A stretch of 59,888 nucleotides of DNA, counting the filler. It is 7 parts of 7 records of this genome, joined end to end, with 100 filler letters (N's around TTAATTAATTAA, not from the genome) between each part and the next. Parts side by side here need not be neighbours in the genome. Positions count along the whole stretch, not along the records: positions 6,856 to 20,416 come from SRR31156797_35095; positions 20,517 to 26,777 come from SRR31156797_35112; 5 more parts are not named here. The stretch is one strand, 5' to 3'. The notes beneath the pieces were generated by a model, which had not been told where the DNA came from, ran no database searches, and saw only the letters and a list, made by a program, of their open reading frames with translations. A program made the position numbers and the translations under genes. Position 1 is the stretch's first letter. Every line of letters begins with the position of its first letter. Positions 11,392 to 22,121 of this stretch are shown here, in pieces.

Positions 11392-11444
11392 TATCGTTTG
11401 CGAAGTGGTGAGATATTTCTGCAAACGATACCGCAAACGTTTTC
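11392..11444. promoter_or_regulatory. Cluster of LacI-family-like operator sites
   Basis: TATCGTTTGC (11392-11401) and GCAAACGATA (11421-11430) form a perfect inverted pair; GCAAACGTTTTC at 11433-11444. Confidence 0.55.
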
Positions 11445-11638
11445 TGTTCTTTTTATTTTTGATGAATGCAGTATTATATGTCAGATGGTTAAGGTTTCAA
11501 ATGGTACTATTGTACAATGGGCATTCATAGAAACTTTTTTTTGAGTATGAATTGCAGTTGAGATGTCGGATAATACTCATTTTTGAGATTATTAGGGAAA
11601 AGAAAAAGACGATTAGCTCGTTATTTATATTGTTTTAT

Positions 11639-11646
11639 TACATTTG
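11639..11646 (+). promoter_or_regulatory. Bacteroidota -7 promoter element for ppa
   Basis: TACATTTG matches TAnnTTTG, 60 nt upstream of ATG 11706. Confidence 0.6.
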
Positions 11647-11705
11647 TTTATACCAAATGAATGAAATCGTTGTGCCAAAACGAGGTTTAAAAAGATACAC
11701 TAACT

Positions 11706-12377
11706 ATGGGAAACAAATTAAATGATCCGATTGCAAGATTAATGGGTTTGCGTTACAAGTCACACCCTTGGCATGGATTAGATGTTGGAGACAATGCACC
11801 AGAATCGGTAATGGCTTTTATCGAGATGGTTCCAACAGACACAGTTAAGTACGAAGTTGATAAAGTAAGCGGTTATCTAAAAATTGATAGACCTCAGAAA
11901 TATTCGAATGTAATTCCTGCATTGTACGGGTTTTTACCACAAACCTATTGCGGCAATTCTGTAGGAGAATACTGTAGCGAGAAATCGGGTAAAAAAGATA
12001 TTAAAGGTGATGCCGATCCTTTGGATATTTGTATCCTGACTGAAAAATCGATTTCTCATGGAGACATTATTGCTGAAGTTCGACCAATTGGGGGCTTTAG
12101 AATGATTGATGGAAATGAGGCAGATGATAAGATTATTGCGGTTTTGATTAACGATGCCACTTACGGGTCATTTACAGATATTAAATGCATGCCAGATGTA
12201 ATTGTGGATCGTTTGAAGCACTATTTTTTAACCTATAAGGATATGCCTGGATTGGATCGTCAGGCTGAAATTACGCATACTTATGGTGTTGAAGAGGCAC
12301 ATGAAGTAATTGTTCGATCGATGAACGATTACAAAACCAAGTTCGAGAATTTGGAAGATATTCTAAAGCATGTGTAA
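11706..12377 (+). CDS. ppa: Family I inorganic pyrophosphatase
   Basis: HPWHG, KYEVDK, YGFLPQT, DADPLD, DDKIIAV, YKD. Confidence 0.95.
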   Translation: MGNKLNDPIARLMGLRYKSHPWHGLDVGDNAPESVMAFIEMVPTDTVKYEVDKVSGYLKIDRPQKYSNVIPALYGFLPQTYCGNSVGEYCSEKSGKKDIKGDADPLDICILTEKSISHGDIIAEVRPIGGFRMIDGNEADDKIIAVLINDATYGSFTDIKCMPDVIVDRLKHYFLTYKDMPGLDRQAEITHTYGVEEAHEVIVRSMNDYKTKFENLEDILKHV

Positions 12378-12425
12378 ATGATGAACAATTAAGTAATTAT
12401 CAATTCATAATTACATAAGATATAG

Positions 12426-12460
12426 AAAGCGATGACTCAGCAGAGTTGTCGCTTTTTTGT
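12426..12460 (+). terminator. Intrinsic terminator after ppa
   Basis: AAAGCGATGACTC-agca-GAGTTGTCGCTTT followed by TTTGT. Confidence 0.8.
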
Positions 12461-12625
12461 TGATCTTAAGTGATTAATGAGCTAAGTTTTGGAAATTGTT
12501 AAGCGGTAGTTAAATCTTCTGGTAATTTAATCTAAATAAGAATTTTGACTGGTAAAAACTTGCACAATTCACAGATATGTGCGAGATTATGAATCCTAGT
12601 ATGAAAATTAAAATTAGAAGATTAG

Positions 12626-13150
12626 ATGAAGATAATTATAGAAACCGAACGACTATACCTCAGAGAAATATTACCTACCGACGATGAAAGCATGTTTGAA
12701 ATGGATTCTGATCCGGAAGTTTACAAATTTTTAGGACGCAAACCCATTCGTGATATCGGACAAAGTCAGGATATGATTGAGAATATTATAAAGCGATACA
12801 AAGAGGATGGAATAGGGCGATGGGCTATTGTTGAAAAGGAAAGCGATCAGTTTATTGGCTGGACTGGCTTTAAGTTGGAAAAAGATAGCTTTAACGGATA
12901 CAACAATTTTTATGATTTGCGATTTCGATTGCTACGTAAATATTGGGGGAAAGGATACATTACCGAAGCAACTACTGCAGCAATAAATTATGCTTTCGCA
13001 GAATTGAAAATTCCAGAAATCTGTAGCATGACTTTAATTAGTAATCAGAAATCGCAACATATCTTGGAGAAACTAGGTTTTAAATTGTTGGATAAATTCA
13101 AATATCAGGGCGATGAAATTACCTGGTACAAAAGAATTAATAATGAGTAA
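12626..13150 (+). CDS. RimJ/RimL-type GNAT N-acetyltransferase
   Basis: IETERLYLR, FIGWTG, YWGKGYITEA, N..S..ILEKLGF. Confidence 0.9.
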   Translation: MKIIIETERLYLREILPTDDESMFEMDSDPEVYKFLGRKPIRDIGQSQDMIENIIKRYKEDGIGRWAIVEKESDQFIGWTGFKLEKDSFNGYNNFYDLRFRLLRKYWGKGYITEATTAAINYAFAELKIPEICSMTLISNQKSQHILEKLGFKLLDKFKYQGDEITWYKRINNE

Positions 13151-13184
13151 TTTGCCTTCTATTGCAGAAGCGATTGTTTTAATC

Positions 13185-13258
13185 ACCCCCAGCTATAGCT
13201 GAGGGTAAAATGATAAAGTAGTTCATTAATTCATGTTGCCTCGGGTTTCAACCCGAGG
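13185..13258. repeat. Two GC-rich palindromes between convergent genes (REP-like or terminators)
   Basis: ACCCCCAGCTATAGCTGAGGGT (13185-13206) and CCTCGGGT-ttca-ACCCGAGG (13239-13258). Confidence 0.5.
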
Positions 13259-13279
13259 TTTGTAAATTTAAAAGGAATA

Positions 13280-13759
13280 TTATTCTTTCTTTTTTGGTAA
13301 AGCGTGATAAGTTTTAGTCACAATTTTCCATCCTGTCTCAAATTTTAGTAAGGACAAATAATCGATAAATTTAAGTTCATCACCTTCGTAAAAATCAATT
13401 TTAGCGACAGCGGCTTTACCAGTCACATCAATAAATTTAAATTTTATGGTGGTGAATTCATTCTGGAAAGAATACTTTAGATTTTTACTTTTTTTTCCAG
13501 ATTCAGCATACTGTATCCAATTGTAAATTGGAGTTTTGTGCATGATATCACCAGAGCGACCTACACTAAGCAAAGAAAACCCCTTGTGGAATCCTTTGTT
13601 TACAGCATCAACATCAGTGTTGTTGCATAAGCCATCAACATAGGCATTTTGAATTACGTTTTTAATCAATTCCTTTTCTTTTTCAACATCATTTTCTTGT
13701 GCTATTAGTAATGTGAAAGATGAGAAAAGAAGGATTGCGAATACGAGTGTTTTTTTCAT
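13280..13759 (-). CDS. Secreted NTF2-like (putative lumazine-binding family) protein
   Basis: Signal peptide; IDVTGKAAVAKI and DYLSLLKF..GWKIV.K. Confidence 0.8.
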   Translation of the reverse strand: MKKTLVFAILLFSSFTLLIAQENDVEKEKELIKNVIQNAYVDGLCNNTDVDAVNKGFHKGFSLLSVGRSGDIMHKTPIYNWIQYAESGKKSKNLKYSFQNEFTTIKFKFIDVTGKAAVAKIDFYEGDELKFIDYLSLLKFETGWKIVTKTYHALPKKKE

Positions 13760-13834
13760 TTTGGATTATTTTTTGATTTATTAAAGCCCCTTTAGGGGTT
13801 TGGGAGTAGTAAGTTAGGAAATTATTTATTAGCC

Positions 13835-16225
13835 TTATTCATACCTCAAACTCTCCACCGGATTTCTTTTTGCAGCTTTCCACGATTGCCAGCTTACAGT
13901 AATCACTGCTATTGTCATTGCTACGATTCCTGCCAATACAAATATCCACCAGCTCAATTCGATTTTATAGGCGAAATTTTCCAACCATTTGTTCATGCTG
14001 TACCACGCCAAAGGATAAGCAATTAGTAGTGCGGATAGAATCCATCTTAATAAATCCTTGTTCAACATGTTGACAATTTCTTGTGTTTTGGCACCGTTGG
14101 TTTTTCTAATACTGATTTCTCTTTTTCTGGCTTGAGTCATGGAAACTGATACAGCTACTAAACCAATACAAGCAATTAAAATAGAAAGTATCGATAAGGA
14201 GAGTAGAAAATTTCTTTGGTTGATATAGTGTTTATATCGGTGCAGATACAAATCATCGATGAATTGATATTCGAAATCATAATCAGGAAATAGTTCATTC
14301 CAGGCTGATTGAATTTCAGGTAATGTTCGAGAAAGAGATTCCGGGCTAAATCGAATACTGATGCAAGAATTAACCATGTTTTGATACAGAAGAACCATAG
14401 GTTTCTCTTTCTCATTCATGCTTGTTAAATGAATATCCTTACAGACACCTACAATTTCTCCATTTGGGAGAAGCTTTTTATAGTCGAAATCAAATTCAAA
14501 TTTTCTATTCAGAAATTCTTCTGCCGGTAAATCTTGTTGAATGTGACGGATAGCAGATTCATTAAGAATGTATTGCTTTTTGTTTGGATCGGGATTAAAA
14601 TTGTTTCCGGCAATTAGTTTAATCTTGTAAAAATCAAGAAAATTGTGATCGCAGGTTAAGACGTTAAGCCTTTGTTTAGAGAACTTTTCTTTTGTGATAC
14701 CTTCCAGGTGATAGTAAAAGGCATCCATGGTTTCGCCACCTGGCTCTTCCATGGCGCTGGTTACACTTTCAACTCCCGAAATTTGCAGCAATTTATTTTT
14801 AAAAACACTGTAGTCTTGAATCACAGATTGGGGAATATTGGTAATGTTTAAAATGTTTTGATCATCTCCACCAATTCTCTTTGTCATTATCAAATTTACC
14901 TGACTTTGAATCACGAATGTTGATATCAACAAGCCAGTTACTATGGCAAACTGCAGTAACAAAAGAATACCACTTACTCTTTTCTTAGAGTGTGATACTG
15001 AGCTTCGTTTATTTCTATTTATCGTACTCGAATAAAACTTATGCCTCAGAACAGGAAAAGTTCCAATAAGCGATCCACAAATAATTAATAGCAGTACAAT
15101 ATAAACAAGTGGCAGAATAACTTCTGAAGAAACAGAAAATTCAGGTAATGAGAATATATTTTGAAAATAGGGATATACAATTCCAGCCAGTGCCAAACCC
15201 AATACGACTGAAACACCAACAATTATTAGATTTTGCCACAAAGCCATCATAGAGATATGATACAATTTACTGCCAAACAGATGATGAACAAGAATATTCT
15301 TAGAACGCTTTTCTACTGTAACTACATTTAGGTTTGTAAAATTGAGGAAGGCAACCAGTACAATCAAGATGGCAAGAATTACAAGGATTTGAATATTCTT
15401 GATATCGCCATTGATTTCTAATTCCCGGTCTTTGTTGCTGTGTAAGTGAATGTCATGAAGCTTTTGAACATGAAGCGTGTTGTATTTTGCATTTTCAGCT
15501 TCAAAATGCTTCTTTTTAAAAGCAGCTAGTTGTTCGTTTATTACATCTAAACTATTGGAGTTTTCAAGTAGGAGATAGGTATAATTCCAATTTGAATAAT
15601 AGTCTTGATTGTCAAGAGAAGTAAGAATTTCAGGATGAAAGTGTGCCTGGGCTGGAGCATCTTTCATTACACCTACAATTGTGTAATCGAAGAATTGGGG
15701 TATTTGTTGATGTTCAAGAGATATTTTTTTGCCAATGGGATTTTGGTTCTGAAAATATTTCTTTCGAATTGATTCAGAAATAACAGCTTGTTTTCCTGAA
15801 TTCAAAATGTTTTTTGGATTCCCCAACAGCAAAGTATCGTTGAAAACAGTGAAATAATTTGAATCGGTAGCAAATGCACCCTTGCTGTAGAACTTATTTT
15901 CGCCAATTTTTACCGCACAAGTTCTGAAAGGCGAGAGTCGTGCCATGCTCTTTACCTCAGGAATGTCATCAACCAGGTATTGAATGCCAGAATATCTTAC
16001 TCGGGCAAAATGACTACTAAAATCATCTTTGTTGTATTCTATTGTGAAGCGCGCAACACGATTGCTATTGGTAAAATACCTATCGAATCCGGTTTCAAAT
16101 TGTATATAGTAAAGAATTAAAAATACTGCCGCAAAAGATACAGACAATCCAATTAGATTTGTGATGCTATAAGCTTTCTGTCTAAGGATATTTCTAATTG
16201 CGTATTTTATTGTGTAAAAGTTCAT
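13835..16225 (-). CDS. ABC transporter permease, duplicated MacB-PCD/FtsX architecture
   Basis: 796 aa, two periplasmic-plus-FtsX halves; DIHLHS; C-terminus NPVESLRYE. Confidence 0.9.
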   Translation of the reverse strand: MNFYTIKYAIRNILRQKAYSITNLIGLSVSFAAVFLILYYIQFETGFDRYFTNSNRVARFTIEYNKDDFSSHFARVRYSGIQYLVDDIPEVKSMARLSPFRTCAVKIGENKFYSKGAFATDSNYFTVFNDTLLLGNPKNILNSGKQAVISESIRKKYFQNQNPIGKKISLEHQQIPQFFDYTIVGVMKDAPAQAHFHPEILTSLDNQDYYSNWNYTYLLLENSNSLDVINEQLAAFKKKHFEAENAKYNTLHVQKLHDIHLHSNKDRELEINGDIKNIQILVILAILIVLVAFLNFTNLNVVTVEKRSKNILVHHLFGSKLYHISMMALWQNLIIVGVSVVLGLALAGIVYPYFQNIFSLPEFSVSSEVILPLVYIVLLLIICGSLIGTFPVLRHKFYSSTINRNKRSSVSHSKKRVSGILLLLQFAIVTGLLISTFVIQSQVNLIMTKRIGGDDQNILNITNIPQSVIQDYSVFKNKLLQISGVESVTSAMEEPGGETMDAFYYHLEGITKEKFSKQRLNVLTCDHNFLDFYKIKLIAGNNFNPDPNKKQYILNESAIRHIQQDLPAEEFLNRKFEFDFDYKKLLPNGEIVGVCKDIHLTSMNEKEKPMVLLYQNMVNSCISIRFSPESLSRTLPEIQSAWNELFPDYDFEYQFIDDLYLHRYKHYINQRNFLLSLSILSILIACIGLVAVSVSMTQARKREISIRKTNGAKTQEIVNMLNKDLLRWILSALLIAYPLAWYSMNKWLENFAYKIELSWWIFVLAGIVAMTIAVITVSWQSWKAAKRNPVESLRYE

Positions 16226-16241
16226 ATTTTCTTCAGGTTAA

Positions 16242-18632
16242 TTATTCATATCTTAAACTCTCCACCGGATTTCTTTTGGCAGCTTTCCATGATTGTAGTG
16301 AGATGGTTAATGAGGCTATGGCTATGGTGATAATTCCAGCTAAGGCAAAAATCCACCAATTAAGTTGGGTTTTATATGCAAAATTTTCCAGCCATTTGTT
16401 CATCACATACCAGGCAATAGGGCAAGCAATAACAAAGGAGAGTATGATCCATTTCAATAAATCTTTGTTGAACATGTTGATGATTTGCCAGGTTTTGGCT
16501 CCATTTACTTTTCGTACTCCTATTTCTTTGGTTCGTTGATGAATAACGAAACTTGCAATTCCCAATATTCCTAATAAACTTACCAGTAAGGCTAGCAATG
16601 AAAATACTTGGGTGGTGTTTTTCAAATGAATCTCATCCTGATATTTACTTTGCAAAATATCATTAAAAAACTGATAGGAGAAATCTCTGTTATCTCTATG
16701 CTTCTGATATGTTTCTTTTATATAGTTAATGGTTTCTAATTGCTGATAGTCTGAAATTTTAATATTCATTGTCATGATATTTTCAGGAGAATTCATGAGT
16801 ATCAAAGGTTCAATTCGATGATGAAGAGGTTTAAAATGAAAATCTTTAACTACACCAACAATAATTTCATTTCCAATTCTTTGTCCGATAGGATCATTAA
16901 AACCAAATAACTTTTCAGCAGCTTCGTTAATTACTATTGGAAAAGAAAGTTTTTCTTGTTTTTGCGTATTTTTTTCTTTTTTGTGTTCTTTCCAATATGC
17001 TTCGTAATCCATTTTTAGAAATTTTCCTTTTGTTATTTCCAATTGATAATTTTTCGCAAAATTTTCATCGGTATGAATTACCGAAACAGTGATACTGTCT
17101 CGCTTACCATTTTTGTCTATTGCGTAATTTGTACGCCAAGAATACTCAATTGGAGCATAGGTACTGGCTGATACACTTGTAATATTTGGATTTTGGAGCA
17201 ATTCATTTTTAAAAGCTTCACTATCATACCACAATCCGGTAGGAACAACAAGCATGTTATTGTGACTTAATCCTAAATCTTTTGAGTTGATAAAGTAAAA
17301 TTGCTTGATTAAAATTCCGGAGGATATGAATGAAAATATGGCAATGGAAAACTGGATCACAATCAAGAGCTTTAACAAACCAGATTTGTTGCCAGTTATA
17401 TTTTGTTTGTTGAGAATTAAAGTAGGTCTTAAACTGGATAGATATAATGATGGATATAATCCGCCAACCAATGCTGTGAAAAAGGTCAGGACAAGTAAGT
17501 TCAAGAGTAATTTAGAGGAAAGGTGAAAGTGAAGATTTTGTCCTGTTAATTGATTGAATTGAGGCAGGAAAATCCAACTTAAAACAATAGCTAGAATAGC
17601 TGCAATAAAGGTTTGAACTAAGGAATTACTCATGAACTGGATCAACAAATGAATTCGCTTGGCTCCATTTACTTTCTGAATTCCAATTTCCTGTGCTTGC
17701 TCACTGTATCGAGCAGTTGAAAGAATTGAGAAGTTTAAAATTACCATGATCAAAATTAGCAAGGCTAATCCCGAAAAAATCAAGACATATTTATAACTGC
17801 TAATATGATTATCGAGAATGTTTGGTGTATAATCCGAATGCAGGTGGATATCCGCAAGGGGTTGAAACAGGAGTTTATCCGTTTTGTTCGAATATCTATT
17901 AATATGGTTGCTTACCTTACTAAGAAATGTATCATCGATTAATGCATTTTTTCCAAGCTTGATATAGGTTCTAATCCAATAGGAATCGCCCCAAAGGTTT
18001 AGAGAATGATTTTTACTAAGAAGTTGTTTTGAAACCAGAAAATCAAAACTGATATGACTATTTGATGGGACTTTAAGAACAGCTCCAACGGTATAAATGA
18101 GTTCGTCGTATTTGTTGCTGATAATTTTCTTTCCCAATGCGGATTCCGACCCAAATAATTTGTGTGCAATTTGCTCAGACAATACTATGTTGTATGGATT
18201 TTCGAATGCACTTTCTTTGTTTCCTTCGATAAAAGTGAAGCCATTAAATATGTCAAAGAAATCCTTATTTGTATAACATTTTCGAGCTTCTATTTTTCTG
18301 TTTTTTGTATCTACAAAAAGAGGAGAATCTTCTGAAGATGACATGAGAAATGTTGCTGCTTCAATTTGTGGATAATCCTTTTTTAAGCTTTCCGCTATGG
18401 GTTGATAAGATCTACTTGATTTGACAATATCTTCTCCAGATTTTGACAAGGTAAGAACACGATAAACTTGATTGTAATCTGAATGAAATTTATCGAAATT
18501 TAGTTGATTGTACACCCAAAGATAGATCAATAAAGAAGCCATAATTCCTATGGTAAATCCGGCAAAGCTTACCAGAGTTAGAATAGGCTTTTTTAACATC
18601 GATCGAAAAATAATTTTAAAGGTTTGCTTCAT
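16242..18632 (-). CDS. ABC transporter permease, duplicated MacB-PCD/FtsX architecture
   Basis: 796 aa; QPLADIHLHS, RTKEIGVRKVNGA; C-terminus NPVESLRYE. Confidence 0.9.
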   Translation of the reverse strand: MKQTFKIIFRSMLKKPILTLVSFAGFTIGIMASLLIYLWVYNQLNFDKFHSDYNQVYRVLTLSKSGEDIVKSSRSYQPIAESLKKDYPQIEAATFLMSSSEDSPLFVDTKNRKIEARKCYTNKDFFDIFNGFTFIEGNKESAFENPYNIVLSEQIAHKLFGSESALGKKIISNKYDELIYTVGAVLKVPSNSHISFDFLVSKQLLSKNHSLNLWGDSYWIRTYIKLGKNALIDDTFLSKVSNHINRYSNKTDKLLFQPLADIHLHSDYTPNILDNHISSYKYVLIFSGLALLILIMVILNFSILSTARYSEQAQEIGIQKVNGAKRIHLLIQFMSNSLVQTFIAAILAIVLSWIFLPQFNQLTGQNLHFHLSSKLLLNLLVLTFFTALVGGLYPSLYLSSLRPTLILNKQNITGNKSGLLKLLIVIQFSIAIFSFISSGILIKQFYFINSKDLGLSHNNMLVVPTGLWYDSEAFKNELLQNPNITSVSASTYAPIEYSWRTNYAIDKNGKRDSITVSVIHTDENFAKNYQLEITKGKFLKMDYEAYWKEHKKEKNTQKQEKLSFPIVINEAAEKLFGFNDPIGQRIGNEIIVGVVKDFHFKPLHHRIEPLILMNSPENIMTMNIKISDYQQLETINYIKETYQKHRDNRDFSYQFFNDILQSKYQDEIHLKNTTQVFSLLALLVSLLGILGIASFVIHQRTKEIGVRKVNGAKTWQIINMFNKDLLKWIILSFVIACPIAWYVMNKWLENFAYKTQLNWWIFALAGIITIAIASLTISLQSWKAAKRNPVESLRYE

Positions 18633-18702
18633 CTGTATGTCTTGTCAAGTAAGATTAGAGAAAGATTCATGAGAATAAATCCCATGAATCAAATTATCAG
18701 TT

Positions 18703-20241
18703 TTATTTTACCAGCATTAATATCTGATCATCATTGGAACAATTGTTTGCCAAAGTGATTAACTTTTGTTTGTTTTCGGCTGGAGCTAAAGAATTTTTAA
18801 ACACTTCCGATGCAACTTGTTCCTTGATATCTTCACCACGAAGTGCCATCATGATTTCTCCATTTCGATTAATCATATAGGATTTAGGCCATACAGAGAA
18901 ACCTCCATCAATATCATTTTGTAAATTATCTATTGTATAGCTGGTAGGGTCGTTTTTTACAAACTGTAAGTTTTTACTTTTCTTATTGTAAAGTGCATAA
19001 TGTAATTTTACACTTTTATTTTTCATAGAGTTTGGGCAAAGATTATTGTCTTTGATAAAACTCATGAAGATATAATCTTTTGAATCAGCCCATTCATAAG
19101 GAGTTATTTTGCCTGTAAGATCAAATGTTGAATTCAATGCATTTTGTTTACTCACTTTATGATTTCCCAGATTGAATACATATTCGGGCTGAATGATGTT
19201 AGGAGGAATTACTTTAAAAATAGTGTCGTTGTAATTTGTTCTGAAGTAATAGTTTCCATTTTTTTCATATGAATTTCCATAATCGAAACCACGATAATTC
19301 CTTTGCTTAAAATTTTTTAATTGTTCCAACTTTTTAAAGCTCGATAAAGTGTCGCCTTTGGTATTTAATATTTTCAGCATATTGCTTCCATGCTGACTCT
19401 GTAATAGATAGGTGTTTTTATCTGGACTGAATACAGAAATATTGTCGTACAGATGTTCTGAGCTAAAGATATCCATACCATTAGGGTGTCTAGCTTTAAA
19501 AATCTTATCCTGACCATGGTTTAAATCAACGGATATTTTTCCCATTCCAATTATTTTTCTGGGATTTTCAGGCTCAAATTCGGTGTTTATTCCAAGAAGA
19601 TCTTTGGAGCAATCCAATTCCATAATATAGTCCTGACCAGTATTGGTATTTTTATAATGGTAGTACAAATTATCACCTCTTGACCATACCGATGTATTGC
19701 CTCCTATTTTTGCAAAATTTGAAAAGTAAACACTTACTTCATCTTTTTTACGATCATATTTCACTCCATTTAAGTTGTTTTTTACAATCGTGTTTTTGAA
19801 TTTTCCATCTTTGGTGAACAAATGGATACCGTAAATGTTCGAGGCAACCAAATGCTTGTCGGTAATGTAATATTTGTAATCCATATTATTAGGAATACTC
19901 GAATCTGGCAGGTTCTGAATTTTAATGTATTCGATTGAGTTGGCTACATCCGAAAGTTTAAACTCTTTAGTACTGTCAATACGATTTACTACATCAATAA
20001 TATGTGGACGATGCTGTGAATTGACTTTTCGAATGGCTTCAAAACGAAATCCTTTTGGAAGTTTTGCCAATGAATCAGCCAGTTCTTGTTCTTTTTGCTG
20101 ACGCAATTCTTCTTTTTGAGTAAGAATCTCTTCTTCACTAAGAATTTTTTCAGATAACTTTTTTTCATTGATCTTCATCTTGTTATTCTGACAAGCATAT
20201 GAAAATAAAAGAAGGATGAGTGCAATGTGAATTGGTTTCAT
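18703..20241 (-). CDS. Lipoprotein, DUF4934 / 6-bladed beta-propeller-like
   Basis: Lipobox SYAC; KLSDVA..IEYI; NDIDGG; C-terminal NDDQILMLVK typical of Bacteroidota propeller lipoproteins. Confidence 0.65.
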   Translation of the reverse strand: MKPIHIALILLLFSYACQNNKMKINEKKLSEKILSEEEILTQKEELRQQKEQELADSLAKLPKGFRFEAIRKVNSQHRPHIIDVVNRIDSTKEFKLSDVANSIEYIKIQNLPDSSIPNNMDYKYYITDKHLVASNIYGIHLFTKDGKFKNTIVKNNLNGVKYDRKKDEVSVYFSNFAKIGGNTSVWSRGDNLYYHYKNTNTGQDYIMELDCSKDLLGINTEFEPENPRKIIGMGKISVDLNHGQDKIFKARHPNGMDIFSSEHLYDNISVFSPDKNTYLLQSQHGSNMLKILNTKGDTLSSFKKLEQLKNFKQRNYRGFDYGNSYEKNGNYYFRTNYNDTIFKVIPPNIIQPEYVFNLGNHKVSKQNALNSTFDLTGKITPYEWADSKDYIFMSFIKDNNLCPNSMKNKSVKLHYALYNKKSKNLQFVKNDPTSYTIDNLQNDIDGGFSVWPKSYMINRNGEIMMALRGEDIKEQVASEVFKNSLAPAENKQKLITLANNCSNDDQILMLVK

Positions 20242-20259
20242 AATTATATTGGGTATTGA

Positions 20260-20416
20260 TTATTCATATCTCAGACTTTCGACAGGATTTTTTCTTGCTG
20301 CATTCCAGGATTGGAATGATACAGTTATCAAAGTTATTGCCAGGGCAAATGCACCGGAAAGAATAAAAATCCACCAGGAGATTTCAGTTTTATAGGCAAA
20401 GTTTTCGAGCCATTTA
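20260..20416 (-). CDS. C-terminal fragment of a third MacB/FtsX ABC permease (not in ORF track)
   Basis: Manual translation KWLENFAYKTEISWWIFILSGAFALAITLITVSFQSWNAARKNPVESLRYE*. Confidence 0.9.
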
Positions 20417-20516
20417 NNNNNNNNNNNNNNNNNNNNNNNNNNNNNNNNNNNNNNNNNNNNTTAATTAATTAANNNNNNNNNNNNNNNNNNNNNNNNNNNN
20501 NNNNNNNNNNNNNNNN
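20417..20516. other. Artificial contig spacer
   Basis: N-run with TTAATTAATTAA. Confidence 0.99.
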
Positions 20517-22101
20517 AGTAGCTTTCTCCGAGATGGTTATTCGTTGTTCCGTAAGCTTTTCTGTAGATAAAGGTTGAGGTGTCTGTTGAGGGGTCGACTT
20601 CAGTGTCCGTACCGATGAAATAATTCGATCCCCAATAATAGGGATTAGTCCATATATAATCATAGAATATATAGTAGTTTCCTGAAATGTGCTGGAAGCA
20701 GTCATTCCCATATACATCAGCCACCTGTTCATATCGTCCATTTACTCCCGAAACCCCGGCATAGCTCACCTCAACCCCGTTCAGGAGGCTCAATGTCGGA
20801 GGATTGTTCGCCGAGGCGCTCAGGCTGATTGTAAAGATATCGCTGTCTGCGGGTGTAGATGAGTTGCTGGCGATGGTCAGCGTTTCGGTATAGTCACCTG
20901 ATGACCCTTCGGGATCAAAGGTAAGGACAACCTGAGTTTCCTCTCCCGCCGGAATATCCATAGTGGTACTGTCGACAGAAAAGGGCAGGCCTACTGTGAT
21001 GTTGGTGACTTCAAGGTCCAGACCTTCTCCTACATTCTCAATGGTGAGTGTTCGGGTTTCTGAATCTGATGGAGCAATCGTCCCGAACCCGGAATATGTA
21101 TCACCATCTGCAATCACCGAACCATCAATGTCGGGATTTATGGAGGAAAAGAGATTCAATGTATATTCACTCCAGCGCATTGCGGACACCGTCTCGGGAA
21201 AGCCTGCCTTGTATGTGACCATCTGTATTGTCGTCGTTGCATCGGTTAAAAGAATCTTTGAATAATTACCCGCAACGATCCCGTGTTCATAAGTCGGCTG
21301 GGAGCCGTCGATTGTATACCGAATGGTGTATCCTTCCTGATTGGTCCGTAAGGTGATCCAGGTATAGCCGGTGAATGTTCCACTCGGTTCAGGCATGGTG
21401 TAGGGCAGCCCGTAGGAGTAGGTCGTAACAACAGCCGTCTCGGTTGAGGTAAGATCTATGGCTTCGGCATAGAGAACATCGTCAAAGCCTATGGTTATTG
21501 CATGGGGTGAGGTCTGGAGGGCGTCTCCGGATTCTGGGGCGCTGCCGATGGCCCGTTTCAGAGAGCCGGTACCGGAGTATATCGTCACATCAATCGTTTG
21601 GTTTGCCCAATCGATGCTGTCATAATCCGGGACAATCTCCGCCGGTGCCAGCAGATTCCCTTCCTCGATCTGAATTAAAATTTCTCCTGTGGGGTAGATT
21701 GTAATCGGAACGGTATTGGACGTTCCTGGAAAACACTCCACCTCTCCTTCACCATAGTAAAGGGTGTCGTTTCCGCTGTCATTCAGGAAGACCTCAACGT
21801 TCCAGTCTCCCTGTTTAACATTGAAGAACTCCACTTCGGCTCCGTTCGTATCATCCCAGGCCGCTTCACCGTAGAGGTCGGTATATTCGCTGTGCATCAG
21901 TTTGACGACCAGGGAGTCAACCGAGTCGCTGATGTCACGGGTACTGGTGAGTCCCCGGGATGTGTCGTCTCCCGGCGGAGCGACGGATATCCGGATTGAG
22001 CCTCCGGAGAAATCGTCCCCTCCCAGGGGATTGAAACAGGACGTCATAAGCAGACCGATCAATCCGAGAATGGAAACCATAATTATCAGCGATTTCTTCA
22101 T
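20517..22101 (-). CDS. Spirochaete-type lipoprotein with CHB_HEX_C/Fn3-like and Ig-like (ASH/choice-of-anchor D) domains, 3' truncated
   Basis: MKK..LLMTSC lipobox; IRYTIDGSQPT; TLTIENVG..DLEVTNI; GAGGTG SD before ATG 22101. Confidence 0.7.
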
Positions 22102-22121
22102 CTTCACCACCTCACTTTCAC

